From contig NC_052159.1 in the NCBI RefSeq assembly GCF_902713615.1, forward strand, positions 146,712,728-146,776,727: a stretch of DNA of 64,000 bases. The letters run 5' to 3'. The notes under the pieces were generated by a model that saw only the letters and a program-made list of their open reading frames with translations, ran no database searches and had not been told where the DNA came from. Of the stretch, positions 1-12,999 are shown piece by piece. The position numbers and the translations under genes were made by a program. Source of the stretch: Scyliorhinus canicula. Its lineage: Eukaryota. Each line of letters opens with the position of its first letter. Positions within the stretch are counted from its first letter, which is position 1.

Positions 1-89
1 CTGTCCCCACAAAATTCCAGCCCTCAGAGAGACCCTTTCCATGCACTTTGCTCGCAGGTGCGTCATTACTATTTGATAGTTGTCATTTT

Positions 90-230
90 GACTTCATTGA
101 GTTCTGTAGAAGGGTCAATGGACTCGAAACGTCAACTCTGTTTCTCCCTCCACATATGCTGCCAGATCTGCTGGGTTTATCCAGCATTTTCTGCTTTTAT
201 TTCAGATTTCCAGCATCTCCTGTATTTTTC
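90..230 (+). mobile_element. Penelope-like pseudo-LTR fragment with degenerate minimal hammerhead motif
   Basis: GAGTT-CTGTAGA-A-GGGTC-aatg-GACTC-GAAA-CGTC-AACTC (99-138), followed by 'tgctgccagatctgctgggtttatccagcattttctg'; related pieces recur at 13640-13745 (-) and 14045-14115 (+). Confidence 0.6.
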
Positions 231-1494
231 TTATATCTCCATTTGATATGTGTGTATGCGGCATTTTGCACATGATAGAATATTAACCGCTGAAGAGCAG
301 TATATGTCTGGTCATCATCAAGTTTATTAAGATAGTCCACTTCAGAATTGGAACTTCAACCGTTTAACAGTAATCCTTATTGCACCTTTCAGCTTAACAG
401 CAAACTGAACACTTGGCTAGGCTCAACGTTTCCAGGAAATCTAAAAGAAAAAGACGCATTTAATTCTTGTTCTGAGCACAAGTGGCATCTCACTGAACCA
501 TCAGATTTGGATAGAGGGCAAGTTGTTCTCCATCCAATGTTGTAACAATTATGCTGCAAAACATTCAAAGTTGTAATTGGTCATCTCTGAATTTCTGCAA
601 CAAGTACAACGTTACGATTGGGAACATGACAAATATTTTACTCTGATCTTATCAGATCCTCCTCTGATTCAGCCAGCTCCAGTTTTAGATCAGAGACAAC
701 ACATAAGGTGAATGCGCGGAATGATCTGCTTACAAGTCCGCCAAGCTTCAATATTTCAGCATTCCTGGGTAACTGGCTCTATAAAAAGTCAATCAACTCA
801 TTAAATTTTGGAAAACAAATTTTAAAAGCAAAAAGGTCTCGGGGAGAATTCCCAGTTGTTCTTTCGACTGCCCTTAAGCCGAGAGGTTCAATCAGAATTA
901 CTTCAGAATAAAAGCAAAGCGAACAAAAGATGACTGCAGTGCACAAACTGCTGTCTGTCTTGTGAAATTTATCAGATGTCAACAGAGTAAAAAGAAATAA
1001 GCAAGTGAATAGAAATGTGCTGTCACTTGTATTATTTCATTAGTGTCACGCCAGATTACTGGACAATATTGACTTTCTAGTGAAAATATTAGCCGCAGGG
1101 TCATATTTCAGAAGGAATTGTCAGCAATTTAAGTTTAGAAATAAGACGCAGAGAAATTTGTAATCTGATCATTGGCTTTCTGGGGGAAAATACAGAGCAC
1201 GATTTCGGCAAGGCAGCACAATCTGTCTGTGGCGGAATTGCAATAACGCTTCAGGGAAATGTGACTTACGCCAACAGAAATGGTAACAGGGAGTCGAAGA
1301 AATAAAAGGAATGGTTGTGGAGGAACTTATTATGTTAGCAAAGTAATTAGTTGAACACAAAAATAACTGAAACTTCTGGTATTTGATTACTTACAGCGGG
1401 TGCATTAAATCAATCAGAACTTTAATTGACTGTTTGAAATCTTGCTTTTCTGTCCTGGTACACACAATATTTTTATATTTATTCTTCCCTTGCA

Positions 1495-1604
1495 GGCAGA
1501 AGCAGTAAGGCTTGCATTTATTGCCCACCGCTAGTTTTTTTGACAAGTTGGTGGTGGATCACTGTTTTGGACCATTTGCAGTCTGTGTGGTAAAAATACC
1601 ACCC

Positions 1605-1636
<32 letters not shown>

Positions 1637-1850
1637 ACCCTCCCCACCCCCCTGCAGTTAGGTCGGGCATTCGAGAATTTTAACCCAGCATAATTAAGGA
1701 ATGGCAATATAGGTCCAAATTAGGGTGGTGTGTAAATGGACAGGGACTGAGAAGTTACGTATTTCCCAGATGGCTGCTGCTCTTGTTCTTCTGGGCAGTG
1801 AAAGTCAGAAGCTCAGGAGATGTTGCCGCGGTAGTGTTGCATTACGGTAC
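1495..1850 (-). mobile_element. Old CR1-clade LINE 3' end, interrupted by a poly-C tract
   Basis: Degenerate homology to the copies at 61890-62280 (-) and 13780-14030 (+); poly-C at about 1606-1636. Confidence 0.55.
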
Positions 1851-2069
1851 TCAGGCTTGACTCCAATTTATATTCGGAAACTAATATAATCAGACGCACC
1901 CAAGGCCCCCCCTTAATAGGGAATCAGACCCACCCAAGGACCCCCTTAATGGGGACCACCCCCCAGCTTCCCCCTAACTAAAGGAACCCCCACAGAGACC
2001 TCCTAACTAGAGGCATTCACCCCATAACTATTATCACCGATATTATCACCATTTTTTTTACAAGCATCA

Positions 2070-3900
2070 ACCACATCAGAGAGAGGTAAGTGTATTGCAA
2101 TCACTAAGTGTATTCCAATCACTCCACCTGCTCTTGTTTTTATCATCATCTGGTTCAAGATTGTTTCTACTGACTGAACTTCAGCCTCCCTATCTTTACT
2201 CCTTGATTTCTCCTCCTCCTGTCTCAAACTGTGGCTTTGTGAACTTGTTACCACACAATCTTGAACCATTCCAGGGTATACTTGCAACACCTCAGTGTTT
2301 TGACTTTCCACTGGCTTTTCAACCACAGTAGGCATCACATTCACATGTGATCCAGCTGCATAATTACCCAGGATAAATTTCTATGACTCCTCACACCATT
2401 TCACCACTTCTCACCGGACTCTCAAACCTTACCTTACACTAATCCTTTCACCAATAATTCAACATGTTATCACCTTTTCTGGCAATGCTGCTTCTGAACT
2501 ACATATCACCTTGTCTCTCACCATTAGAAATTGACTGGCTCCTGTATCCCTTCTGATTGTAACCTCCTTACCTGCACTACCTTGAACACACGAGAAAACC
2601 TTACCTTCACAAATCAAGTCTTTAATAAGATCTGACACTTACTTATCAACCAACCTCTGAACAGGCTATGCACTCTTTTGCCCTTCTTCAGTTGCAACCA
2701 TGGTTTCTTTTGTCACTTTCCAAAACTCCACTGGCTTATCGTGTTTTAACGAGTCAGTCTTCCCAGTACTTTACTCATACCACCAACACTGCAACTTCAC
2801 ATCTCCAACTTTATTACAATGAAAACATTTAAGTTTTCTCATCACTCTTCCACGATCCCAAGTTTCCTTTCTAACCTGAGGCAAACTCTCCTTAATATCT
2901 CCAAGTAGTTCCCCTTTGCCTTGACCACCTGTGGATTTCTCATTTCACCTGTTTCTATCCTTCGCATATAGAAATTGAGGTCAAAAACCAAGTCCTGATT
3001 TATGAACTATTCAAAATCATCTGCCACCTCTGCTGCCTGTCCAGTAGTTTTAATCCTTTTCTCTTCTACATGAGTTCTCGCTACTGTGGGAAGTGAATCT
3101 TTAATTCCCTCCAAAATAATTGTTTCCCAAAGATCTTTATACATTTGGTCTATTTTTTAATGTACTTCTCCACCTATCAAAATTGTTTTGTTTGATTCTT
3201 TCAAATTCTATATACATCTGGTTCTTTCTTTAGATTTCTAAACTTCTCTCTGTAGGTTTCTGACACTAGTTCATATGCACTTAATATGGCCGTTCTCAAC
3301 TCATTATAATCCCCAGATATCTCCTCTGATTGTGATTCTAACACTTCATTAGCTCAACCTACCAACTTTGTCTGAACCAACAATACCAATATGGTCCGTT
3401 GCCAATTCAATTGTTTAGCCACTTTCTCAAATGAGATAAAAAAGACTTCCACATCTGTCAAATCTTGCCAGTGCTTGAATATATTTAAACATATCTCTTA
3501 CTAGGCTTTTGACTAGGAAGTGCTGATCCTTCCTCTAGACTTTCCTCAACTTCTGCCTTTAACTGCAACATTTTAAGTTGATATTCCCTTTTCCTTTCCA
3601 ACTTTTCCTCCTTCATTTCCATTTTGTGAAGTTCAAATTCTCTCTCTCTTTGCTCTTTTCTCTTGTCACTGCCTCTCTCTCTCTCTCTCTCTATTTTCTT
3701 TGCTTCTACCTTTGCCTTTCTCACTTTATTTTTCTTCTCATTCAAGCTGTCCCATTTGCAATTGAAGTTTAGCCAATTCCAATGCTTCAGAATGTGTCTC
3801 TGGCAAATTTTAATGCTGAGCTATCACTGTAACTATCCCCACCTTCCTCACCCCCTCAGGAAAAGTCAACCACAGCTTGTTCGTCAAATCCAAAGCTTTG
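2070..3900 (-). mobile_element. Degenerate Gypsy (Gmr1-like) gag/protease remnant
   Basis: Charged coiled coil 'EREREFELHKMEMKEEKLERKREYQLKMLQL' (ORF 3485..3745), then 'FISFEKVAKQLNW', 'AILSAYELVSETYREKFRNL' and zinc knuckle 'KCFHCNKVGDVKLQC' in broken frames. Confidence 0.75.
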
Positions 3901-3909
3901 TTTTAACCA

Positions 3910-4025
3910 CAGTGGGACAGTGGTTAGCACTGCTGCCACACAGCGCCAATGACCCGTGAGCAATTCCGACCTTGGGTGACCGTCTATGAGGAGTTTGCAC
4001 ATTCTCCCCGTATCTGCGTGGGTGA
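3910..4025 (+). mobile_element. V-SINE (HE1-like) 5' fragment
   Basis: tRNA-like head 'cagtggttagcactgctgcc' and start of V domain 'gtttgcacattctccccgtatctgcgtgggt'. Confidence 0.7.
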
Positions 4026-5169
4026 CCCATCGATAGGCCGCTAAATTTTGGGGCTGCACTCATCCTGCCTTTTGGGGGCCATTTCCCGCCCGGAGATCTG
4101 TGTGTGAGTGTGCTGTAAATATGGTGTCTGGAGCAAGAATCCGCTGAGGTCACAGCAGGGCAGGCAATCCACAGGCTGCTTGCCAGCTAAATAACATGTT
4201 CCTGGCTGATCCATATTTAATGAGAAGAGAGGTGGACAATCGGGAATGAAAACGCACCGTGCAGTTGACAGTGAAAAAGCTGCTCCCCCTGCCCACCACC
4301 AGACTTAGTCCGCGGAGGGGAAAATCCCACTCAAAATAATGAATATAAAGGGGAACCTAATGAAACTCACAATGTTTATGTTGAATAGCTCCTTGCTGCC
4401 CTGATATAAAATCCTCCTCCTCGGGTTTTCGTCCCTTGGAGTATTGAGCCAGACGAATTAAACCGTGAAACATGAAGAACTAAACCTCAAACAAAAGGGA
4501 CACCAGTACCATGCACATCGTACATCAGCGTCACTAATGACACCAGTCAATTCAATTTCCTTTTATGGGAGTTGCTGTGACAGATGTAAAACTCACACAG
4601 ATAGATGAACAATGGCTGGGAGATCATTCATTGCACGTTCGTATTCCTCAGTGGCTACTATTCCTTTCTGAACACGTTACAGCGCAGCAACGGGCAAATT
4701 AATCTTATTGAATGTCAGGGCGAATTTCCCCTTAACAGTGATTAGGGGCAGATGCAAAGCACACTGGGCTTTGCATCTACGCAAATCGCACACTGTTGTT
4801 TCCGCTGGCATACGTGCCAGCCCAAAGCTAACTCTCAGTTTACGTCCTCTTCATTTAATATTCATAATGAGCTTGCTGATTCAGGTTGGAATATGCAGCA
4901 TTGCGGTTATTATTTGAAGAGCTACAAGAGCCGTATGAAGGAAGCTGGCGTGCGTGAAAAGACAGGCAGTAATCATTTTAGGATGGGAAGCCAAGATAGG
5001 TTAGAAGCACCAGGGTGAGGGCCTAGCCGAACGTTGTCTGGCCTAAGTTACATGCAGTAGAATTTTGGTCAAGTCGACGTCTAGGAAAGATGAAGAATAC
5101 AATACTGATAATGAGGACACTGGAGAGATTAACAGCACAGTAGGAGGTCATCAGGGCACTGGGTCCATG

Positions 5170-5525
5170 CCAGCTCTTTTAATGCTTTATCCAACTAATC
5201 CTATTCCCTGCTCTTTCTCCACAGTCCTGCGGATTTACCCTTTAAAGTAAATTTCTAATTCCTTCTGAAAGTTGCCATTGCACCTGTTACCCCAAAATTT
5301 TCAGACAATGTTCCACATCATAACGATTTGTCAAGTAAAAAAATCTCTGGCTCTTTTTGTTAGTTACCTTAAATCTGTGTCCTCTGGTTACTGATCTACC
5401 TGTCCATGCAAACAGACTAAGGAAGGAAAACGAGGGAAGCCCATCATCATTTTGCACACTTTGATGAAATCTCCGGTTGACCTTCTCCATTCTATGGAAA
5501 ACAACCCCACCTTCTCCAGTCTATA
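5170..5525 (-). mobile_element. CR1/HER1-like LINE 3' fragment
   Basis: Minus-strand 'YRLEKVGLFSIEWRR..GDFIKVCKMM' and 'TRGHRFKV', typical of the CR1 ORF2 C-terminus. Confidence 0.7.
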
Positions 5526-6291
5526 TGTTGGGGGAGGTGTGAGTGAGGTGGGGAGATTGTACCAGGCCCTTGAAGGTGCATGGAGGGAACAAGTAAAACT
5601 GGAGTAAAATGTGTCGCGCCCCCTCAAAACCATCCAAGTACAGGCAGCTGCTGGAAGAAAAAACCAGCCGTATGCCACCGTATCCAGCTTTACACTCCCC
5701 CCCTTGGCGGGTTTGTAGGTGGGGAGGTGTGGGGGTGGGGGGGGGGGGTCAGTGAGTGTTAAATTCCTTGCATGGGTTTCCTGCTGGGCTTCCTGCCCAC
5801 CCAGACCTCTCGTCAAGGCTCTGAAATGGCCAATTATTGACCCAACACAGACGAGCAATTTCCAGTCCAGCCTCAATTTTCAGGCTGGTGGGAGGGGTTC
5901 CGAGGTATGGGGGAAGCCCGAAAAAAATTAAATTCAGGCCTCGGGCGGCGAGAGGGGACTGGAACCCTCATCAGCATCCCCCTTTTAACCTCAGGTCTTA
6001 AGGTCCATTAACTATAGGATCGCCCACCCACCACCAGCACCCAACTACCCCCTCCCTCCACCCTGACCAGATACTGTCAACGCTTTCTAAGACTCTTGCT
6101 TCTTCAAGAAAATTAAGTTAATTCCCAATGCCGTTACCTGACAGCCTCATGGGCCTGTGTATTTTTTAGTCTGAGAGGTTAGATGTTGTTCCCAGGCCTC
6201 TCATTGCCAGCATCAGTAGGAATCGTGGCTTCTTGAGCCTTGTATAAGACAGGCCCAACAGACAATTTTTCTAATGTTACACCTGCCCCAG

Positions 6292-6380
6292 GTGAAGATG
6301 CCCAAATGTTGTTGATCTCGGCGAGACGCTTCGATTTCTTACCGTTCAGCTGGGATACCTTCAAATCTTTACAGACCAGG
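6292..6380 (+). other. Candidate internal coding exon of an unidentified gene
   Basis: Branch-like CTAAT and 'acacctgccccAG' acceptor, GTGAGG donor; only one frame open: (G)EDAQMLLISARRFDFLPFSWDTFKSLQTR. Confidence 0.25.
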
Positions 6381-9064
6381 GTGAGGAGGGAAGACTGACT
6401 CAGTGCCTTTATTCAGCTCACCCTAACTTCTATCAACTATTAAAAAGGTAAAGAGAAACGCTAAAAGACATTCATCTACATTCATATGGATTAGAAGTAA
6501 GAATTGAGTCCAATAGGAAGTAAATATAAATGAAAGGTTATATGGAACAGTCCTTGACTTGCCATGAGTAGATGACAAAGCTTGCAGCCATTATGAATTG
6601 AATTTAGTGCAGTTGACATCTGCAGCCGAATAGGTGATTCTTTGATTCAAGTGTTCTGTAACCTGGCAGAGATATATCAGTTCTTTTTTTGCCAGCTGTG
6701 AACCTTTTTGCTGGCTGGTTGACTTCCACAGTCAGAGAAAAAGTTTTTAAATATTCCTTCAAAAGCAGGGGCACTGCTTCTGGCATTATATCGCACGGCC
6801 TGAGTGTGGAACACTTCTAGCTGCTTTTCCTCACAGCACGCTCACATAGACAGACCGGCAGGGTAGGCAGGCAGGCCCTGGGCAGCTCTCAAAGCTAGCT
6901 TTCAACCCCCGCTTTGTACATTCCAAATGGAAATCCAGAAAACACTAGTCGGTTGAGGCAATTGCACCCAGGCTCTTTGAGGAGAGATAATTATTATGTT
7001 CCTTTGTCTTTACCGGAGATGGTAATAAGTTTTTCGATGCTTTTAGAAGTACCTTGGCTGGAAACACAGGGAGGGATTCCATTGTCCGTTCCTGTCAGGT
7101 CATTCCTGTCAGTGGCTGACTGTACATTCTCAGACATCTTTGGTGTTTGTGTCAATTTTAAAATATAAAACTTAGGTCTTTTTAAAGTCCAATATTTCCG
7201 TGTATATATTCCATGTTTTCTTTCTCCATTATCGTAACACTAAGTTGTGATCTGCTCAATATTGACTCCAACTGCCTAACGGTTCCTCTTCACTTTGCTA
7301 AATTCCTTCTGCTAGCGGTTGTATGCTAATGGAGTATTATTCCTTTATAAAGACAGCGTGGGATGATCAATTTTGTAATGCCCCATCCAATCTTCTGTTT
7401 ATTGATGTCTATGAAACTTGATAGCAGATGGGGAATATAACAGGCATCAGATATGATATTGCTGTTTTGCGGTACCACACAAGGGACATTTCTACACCTA
7501 TTACTTTGGTCCTGTTTAACCAGAGTGTGTAATAAATACTCTTTCACCTCTCAGTTTACAAGCATCTTCCACTTTGGAGAAGATTGTTCAAGAGGCAGTG
7601 GATTAAACCGTCAGAAAATGTACATCGCTGTGACCTACACCTTATGGAATGGGAAAGCAGTATTTTACACATCATTGGGCTGCCAAACGAAGGAGAGGAA
7701 TGAGAATAAGGCTACCGCACACATCTGGAAGGTGGTGCAGGTGGGTATGGAGCACCAAGAGTCACTGTCAGCTTGCACCTGAACATTCGCTACTCAAGCA
7801 AGACAATTTACCTCGGCACTTGCTTAGTTTTGATCACAGAAAAGGGACATCTGGTCATTGATATTTCAAGGTATCAACCATCAACCTGGCAGCACCATCG
7901 TGGCACCCACAAAAAGCTGATTGGGAAATAAATGTAATTGTAACTTCAGGAACTCAGAACAGAAGGTCATGTCTCAAGTTACCCATTATTACAATCTGTT
8001 TGCTTCATCTGACCACGCAGTGTAATGGAAAGCCACACAACAAGATTCTTGTACAGGGAGTACTAACAGGGCAGTCACCCTTTTGTATGCATTTCATTAA
8101 GAATGACCAGATAGTCACTTCCCTCAGTATCTTACAATGGGTTTAATGTACAATAGTACTTGTAATGTGATTCACAGAACACTCTATCTCCCCAGTGGTC
8201 CTCCCTTTCTTTTATTCACATGGTGCTCTTAAGTTACTCTCTGGACACTTTGATGTAACTCTTTGAATGGGCGATTCCCTCGCCATGTATCGCCTTGTAC
8301 CCAAAAGGATTTCTTGGCACAAGAAAGAGACAGAAAGAGAAACCTTAAACAGGCACAGAGGCTGCAGAATTGCAGCAAAGAATGGAAGACATATTCCTCG
8401 CTTCAATTCTACTTTTAAATGCATTCTCTTCAATAGTTCTTGCTATAAATCACCTTTCCAACTTTTACTTGCTTCTGTTGACCTCTTTCTTCACTCCAAC
8501 CTTGTTGCTAAATTATCACATAGTCTGATATCCAGTACTATTGAGCAGAAACTTTCTCCAATTACATATTGGGAAGACTGAAGCCATCGGGGGGGAATTT
8601 TCCACTCCCATTTTAAGGGGCTGGGATCGACAGCAGGAGAGGGAAATCCCACGGTAATCCCAGAGCATAGTTTACGCTGGCTGGATTTCCCATTTCAATT
8701 GTCCCTACCTCCCGCCAATGATGTAATGGGAATCCTGTGTTTGAACAACAGGATCACCATTTGATTGCATTTACATCTTTCCTTGACCTCATCTTGCCCT
8801 TTCTCTGTATTCACTCAAATCCCCACAACCCTATGAGATAACTGCACATCCCCAATTTTACGTACACCACTATTGGTAACTATGTACCTGTCTCCAAACT
8901 CTGGAATATCCTCCCTACATTTCTTTACCTCTTTCTTGCTTTTCTCTGTCATGGCACTCCTTGAAACCTTCCTCTGTGCCCATGCTTTTGACATCTGATC
9001 AAGTATCTCTTTCTGAGGTTTGGTATCATATTTTGTTTCATAGTGCTCCTATGAAACGCTTTTT

Positions 9065-9484
9065 GGGGGAAACTGGGCCTGCATTCTCTAGAGTTTTGCA
9101 GAATGAGTGATGATCTCATTGAAGCTTACGACGTAATTCAAGCGTAGTTGCAGGTAAGATGTTTCTCCTGGTTGGGGAGTCCAGAACAAGGGGACGAAAT
9201 TTCAGAAAAAGGGGGGAAGCCACTTAAGGCTGAGATGAGAAGGATTGTTTTTAAGCAGTGGGTGGCGAATCTTTGTAATTCTCTATCCCAGAGGGGCGTG
9301 GAAGTTCAGTCCCTGTGCGTGTTAAAGAAGAGATCGACAGATTTCTAAATACCAATGACGTAATAGGAAATGGGGATAGTGTGGGTAAAGGGCCTTGAAG
9401 TGGATGGTCAGCCATGATCGTATTAGATGGCAGAGTAGGCTCGATGGGCTGAATGGCCTACTCCTGCTCCTATGTTCCTATGTT
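9065..9484 (+). mobile_element. CR1/HER1-like LINE 3' end
   Basis: 'EMRRIVFKQWVANLCNSLSQRGVE' and tail 'gatgggctgaatggcctactcctgctcctatgttcctatgtt'. Confidence 0.8.
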
Positions 9485-9650
9485 TTATTACATTTAAGGT
9501 GCTATATAAATACTTTTTCTTGTTGCTCTTCTTTTAGATTATTTGGTAAACTAAATCTCCCTCTATCCTATCAGATCATACAGTCCTATTTATGAGGAAC
9601 AAATAGTTCTCCCTTGATTTATCTTTCAATCAATGTTTCTGAAATAGCTG

Positions 9651-9900
9651 CAGAGAGATTCTCCGTCGGGATCCTCCGGGAATCCGCTGGCTGTGCACTC
9701 ACGCCCACGGGTTTCCCAATGGCGTGGGGGTGGCCACAATGGGAAACCCCATTGGCCGGCTGCGGGAACGGAGAATACTGCTGCCGGCGGGGAGGGGGAG
9801 GGGGGGAGGGGGAAGGGGGAGGGGGTGGAGGGGGAAGGGAGGGGGGGGGCGGCATCCGCCGTGCAGGAAAATGCGGCTGGATGACCGGAGAATCCCACCC
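9651..9900. mobile_element. Harbinger/PIF-type MITE
   Basis: Degenerate TIRs (..GATTCTCCG / CGGAGAATCCCACCC); 3-bp TSD CTG at 9648-9650 and 9901-9903. Confidence 0.65.
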
Positions 9901-10084
9901 CTGATTGTTCGCTGAATGTGGGAGCTTGCTGTGCGTAGGTAAGCTTCCATTTTTCCTATGTTACAACAGTGACTAGACATCAAAAAGTAACTTGTGAAGC
10001 ATTCCACTCAATGGAATGACCCGTGATCATGCAAGGTGCTATATTAATGCAGGTTCCTCCTTCATTTCCTTTCTGCACGCCTTG

Positions 10085-10267
10085 AAATGAAACGAAATGA
10101 AAAATCGTTATTGTCACAAGTAGGCTTCAAATGAAGTTACTGTGGGAAAGGCCCCTCGTCGCTACATTCCACCACCTGTATGGGGTGGCTGGTACGGGAA
10201 TTGAACCATGCTGCTGGCCTGCCTTGGTCTGCTTTAAAAGCCAGCTATTTAGCCCTGTGCTAAATCA
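10085..10267 (-). mobile_element. Short (~180 bp) tRNA-derived SINE with (CATTT)n tail
   Basis: Matches the family copies at 18722, 30141, 43092, 58603 and 59311. Confidence 0.85.
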
Positions 10268-10884
10268 GTTTGTGCCTTATGCCGTGATTCTCCACTTTCA
10301 ACATTTTCAAAGGAACAATGAATAAAAGAGAGAAAAATAAATCAGAAAAAGTGTGTAAAGCTATTGAAGCAAGAATATTTGACGTAAGTCAAGCAAACAG
10401 GATCCATCCCATTGTGTTAGGGCTAGTTCCATGGCGTAATTACCTGTTCTAATCCCATTTTCCTGCTCTTTTCCAACACCTTTTATTATTTGTCCTCTCC
10501 AAGTGTTCATCGCATTCGCTATTAATGTCATATTGGCTCAACTTCAAAAGCAACGTGTGAATGCATTCAACATGCTAATAACCTTCTAGATGAAAGAACT
10601 CTTCAAATCTCTCTCTTTATGTTCTGTGCGATCATTAAAAATAATCTTTCACCACTTAATTATTTGAAATTGTCTATTAGATTCCCCTAACTCATTCTCC
10701 CTTTGAATCTTTCGATTGTGTCTGCTGAGGTTTAGGTGGTAGCATTCTCATCTTCGAGGCAGACAGCTCTGCCTTTCAGATACACTCATTGACGTGAGAG
10801 CAAAAATCAAGGCAGGCACTACAGCGCAGTACTGAGGGAGTGCTGCACCATCGAAGGTGAGTCTTTCGGATAGGATACATCCCG

Positions 10885-12690
10885 CAGTATATATTGTCAA
10901 GCATCTTCATCTTAGAGATGCCAGGATGAACAGGATGAATGCTGTGTAATTCAGTCAGGAGCAGCTCTCTGCCTGGTACAGGAATGAATACCCTGACTCC
11001 CCAGAGTATGATGCCATTCTGACAACTCAATTCACTCTTGAGGGTAAAGAATGGTTTCATCCCTTCAGACACTGGCTCATTTACCCATCCTGTAAGTGTT
11101 TTGTCTTTCGCTTTGGACAGAAGTGGATCACGATCGGTCCAATTCCTGATCTGCTTTGCCACGACTGGCAATGCATCTAGAAGATTTAACGCCATGATGA
11201 TTTCTTGTGGTGCTGGAGCACATTTGATACTTTCTTACAAAGGTATGTGGCTAAGAGCACCCACATTCACTATGTGTGTTCCTGGTCAGTGCCTGAAAAT
11301 ATATTCCTTGGCAGACAGAATTAATGCCCTTCGTTGAATTTTTGCCAAGGAGATCGGCGGGATAGTCTTGACCTCTTTGAAGAGACTCAAAAGCGGTTTG
11401 AGGTTAGAAACGATGATAGTGATCTACCAGGTAAGTGCTGGTGGAATTTCTTGATGCCAAAGACTATTGATTTTTCAAAAATAAATTTGGAGTACCCAAT
11501 TCTTTGTTTTTCCAATTAAGGGGCAATTTAGCGTTGCCAATTCAACCTACCCCTGCGCATCTTTGGGTTGTGGGGGGTGGACCCACGCAGACACGGGGGG
11601 GGAATGTCCAAACTCCACACGGACAGTGACCCGGGGCCGGGCTCGAACCCGGGTCCTCAGTACCGTGAGGCAGCAGTGCTAACCACTGCGCCGCCGAGCC
11701 GCCCGCCAAAGACTATCGATAGCCCTTCCTTCTCGATTTGTGAGTAGCCTTTTTCTGCCTCTGAGTGGGTTCTTGACACATATCCTATCAGCATTTCAAA
11801 GCTGTTGTCCATCACATGGGACAACAGCGCAGCAACGCCATATGGAGAGGCAGGTCGATATCAGTTCTTTAGATGGGTTGAACATCGCTAACAGGATTGA
11901 GTAGTGCAGCAATTGCTTTACTCTGTTGAAAGCTTCCTCCCGAGGAAGACCGATGATAATGTTTCTTGAGCAGAATATTCAAGTCGGCCAATACCATTGA
12001 TACGTTTGGTAAACAAACGTCAGTAATAGTTTATCATTCCCCAAAACAATTTGAGTTCAGTTGTGTTTGTGAGGGCAGCTGCCTCCTTTATTGCCTTGAC
12101 GTTGACTTTCACACCTCTTTCAGGTTTAGTTGTTGACCGGAATGGCAGCGTGGCCCCTTTAAGAGGCGTATCCTCGCGGTTCACATGACTAGCCTACTGT
12201 GCGGGAGGGCGCGAACCCTAACCGATGAGGGATCTTTGTGGGTTCTGGGGAGTGGGGTTCTGGTCAAAGTGAACCCAGGAACCAGAGTGTTAACACCAAT
12301 GTTTTCAACTCTACGTCTGTACATAAGTTATCCTTTTTAGTTGTCAATTAACAATTTATTCTTCATTATTACCTCCTACGTGGCATTGTTTGGAACCACC
12401 GCATCGGCCTCTTTCGATCCAGTTATAAGGAAATTATCAAGGTGTACTGCAAACCCCGTAGTAGCCCCTGTGGCAACCCTCTCCATTGGCCTTTGGAATA
12501 TTACCACATGCCAAAGAATCACCAAAGGCCAGCCTGTGTACTGAATAGCTTCTGTGTGTCTTTACTATGACATACCCTCGAGATTTCTGGAGAATATCTC
12601 AGTGATCAAGTGGCCTTGCTTGGACTGCTTCATTACATGCACTTTACTGACACATGTTGTAGATTTTCAATGTAGTTTGACTGTTCATTA
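10885..12690 (-). mobile_element. Degenerate Gypsy pol remnant (RT, RNase H, start of integrase)
   Basis: 'ELLLTELHSIHP..GISKMK' and 'SQIEKEGLSIVFGIKKFHQ'; highly similar to 25670-26880; interrupted by a SINE and by an LTR-like insert at about 12105-12435. Confidence 0.8.
11472..11704 (-). mobile_element. Short V-SINE variant with A-rich tail and 16-bp TSD
   Basis: TSD gccaaagactat(t/c)gat at 11456-11471 and 11705-11720; A/B boxes present in the head. Confidence 0.85.
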
Positions 12691-12709
12691 TTGATGGAAG
12701 GAATACATC

Positions 12710-12900
12710 TGATATTTGTAGAGGCGGGCACGATAAGCATCATTTAAGAGGCATCTAGACGGGTATGTGAACGGGCGGGAACAGAAGGGAAGTAGATCTT
12801 GGAAAATAGGAGACAGGTTTAGATAAAGGATCTGGATCGGGTGCAGGCTGGGAGGGAAGCCGAAGGGCCTGTTCCGTGCTGCGTAATTTTCTGTGGTTCT
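12710..12900 (+). mobile_element. CR1-like LINE 3' end
   Basis: 'catttaagaggcatctagacgggtatgtga...ccgaagggcctgttccgtgctg' tail. Confidence 0.7.
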
Positions 12901-12999
12901 TAATATCTTGACCTAAACTCCTGTGAGCAGTTCATTTGTTTTGCCACACTCTGCAGTGCACAATCCTGAAAAAATAGTTGGCAATCAGCCCAGGTCTCC

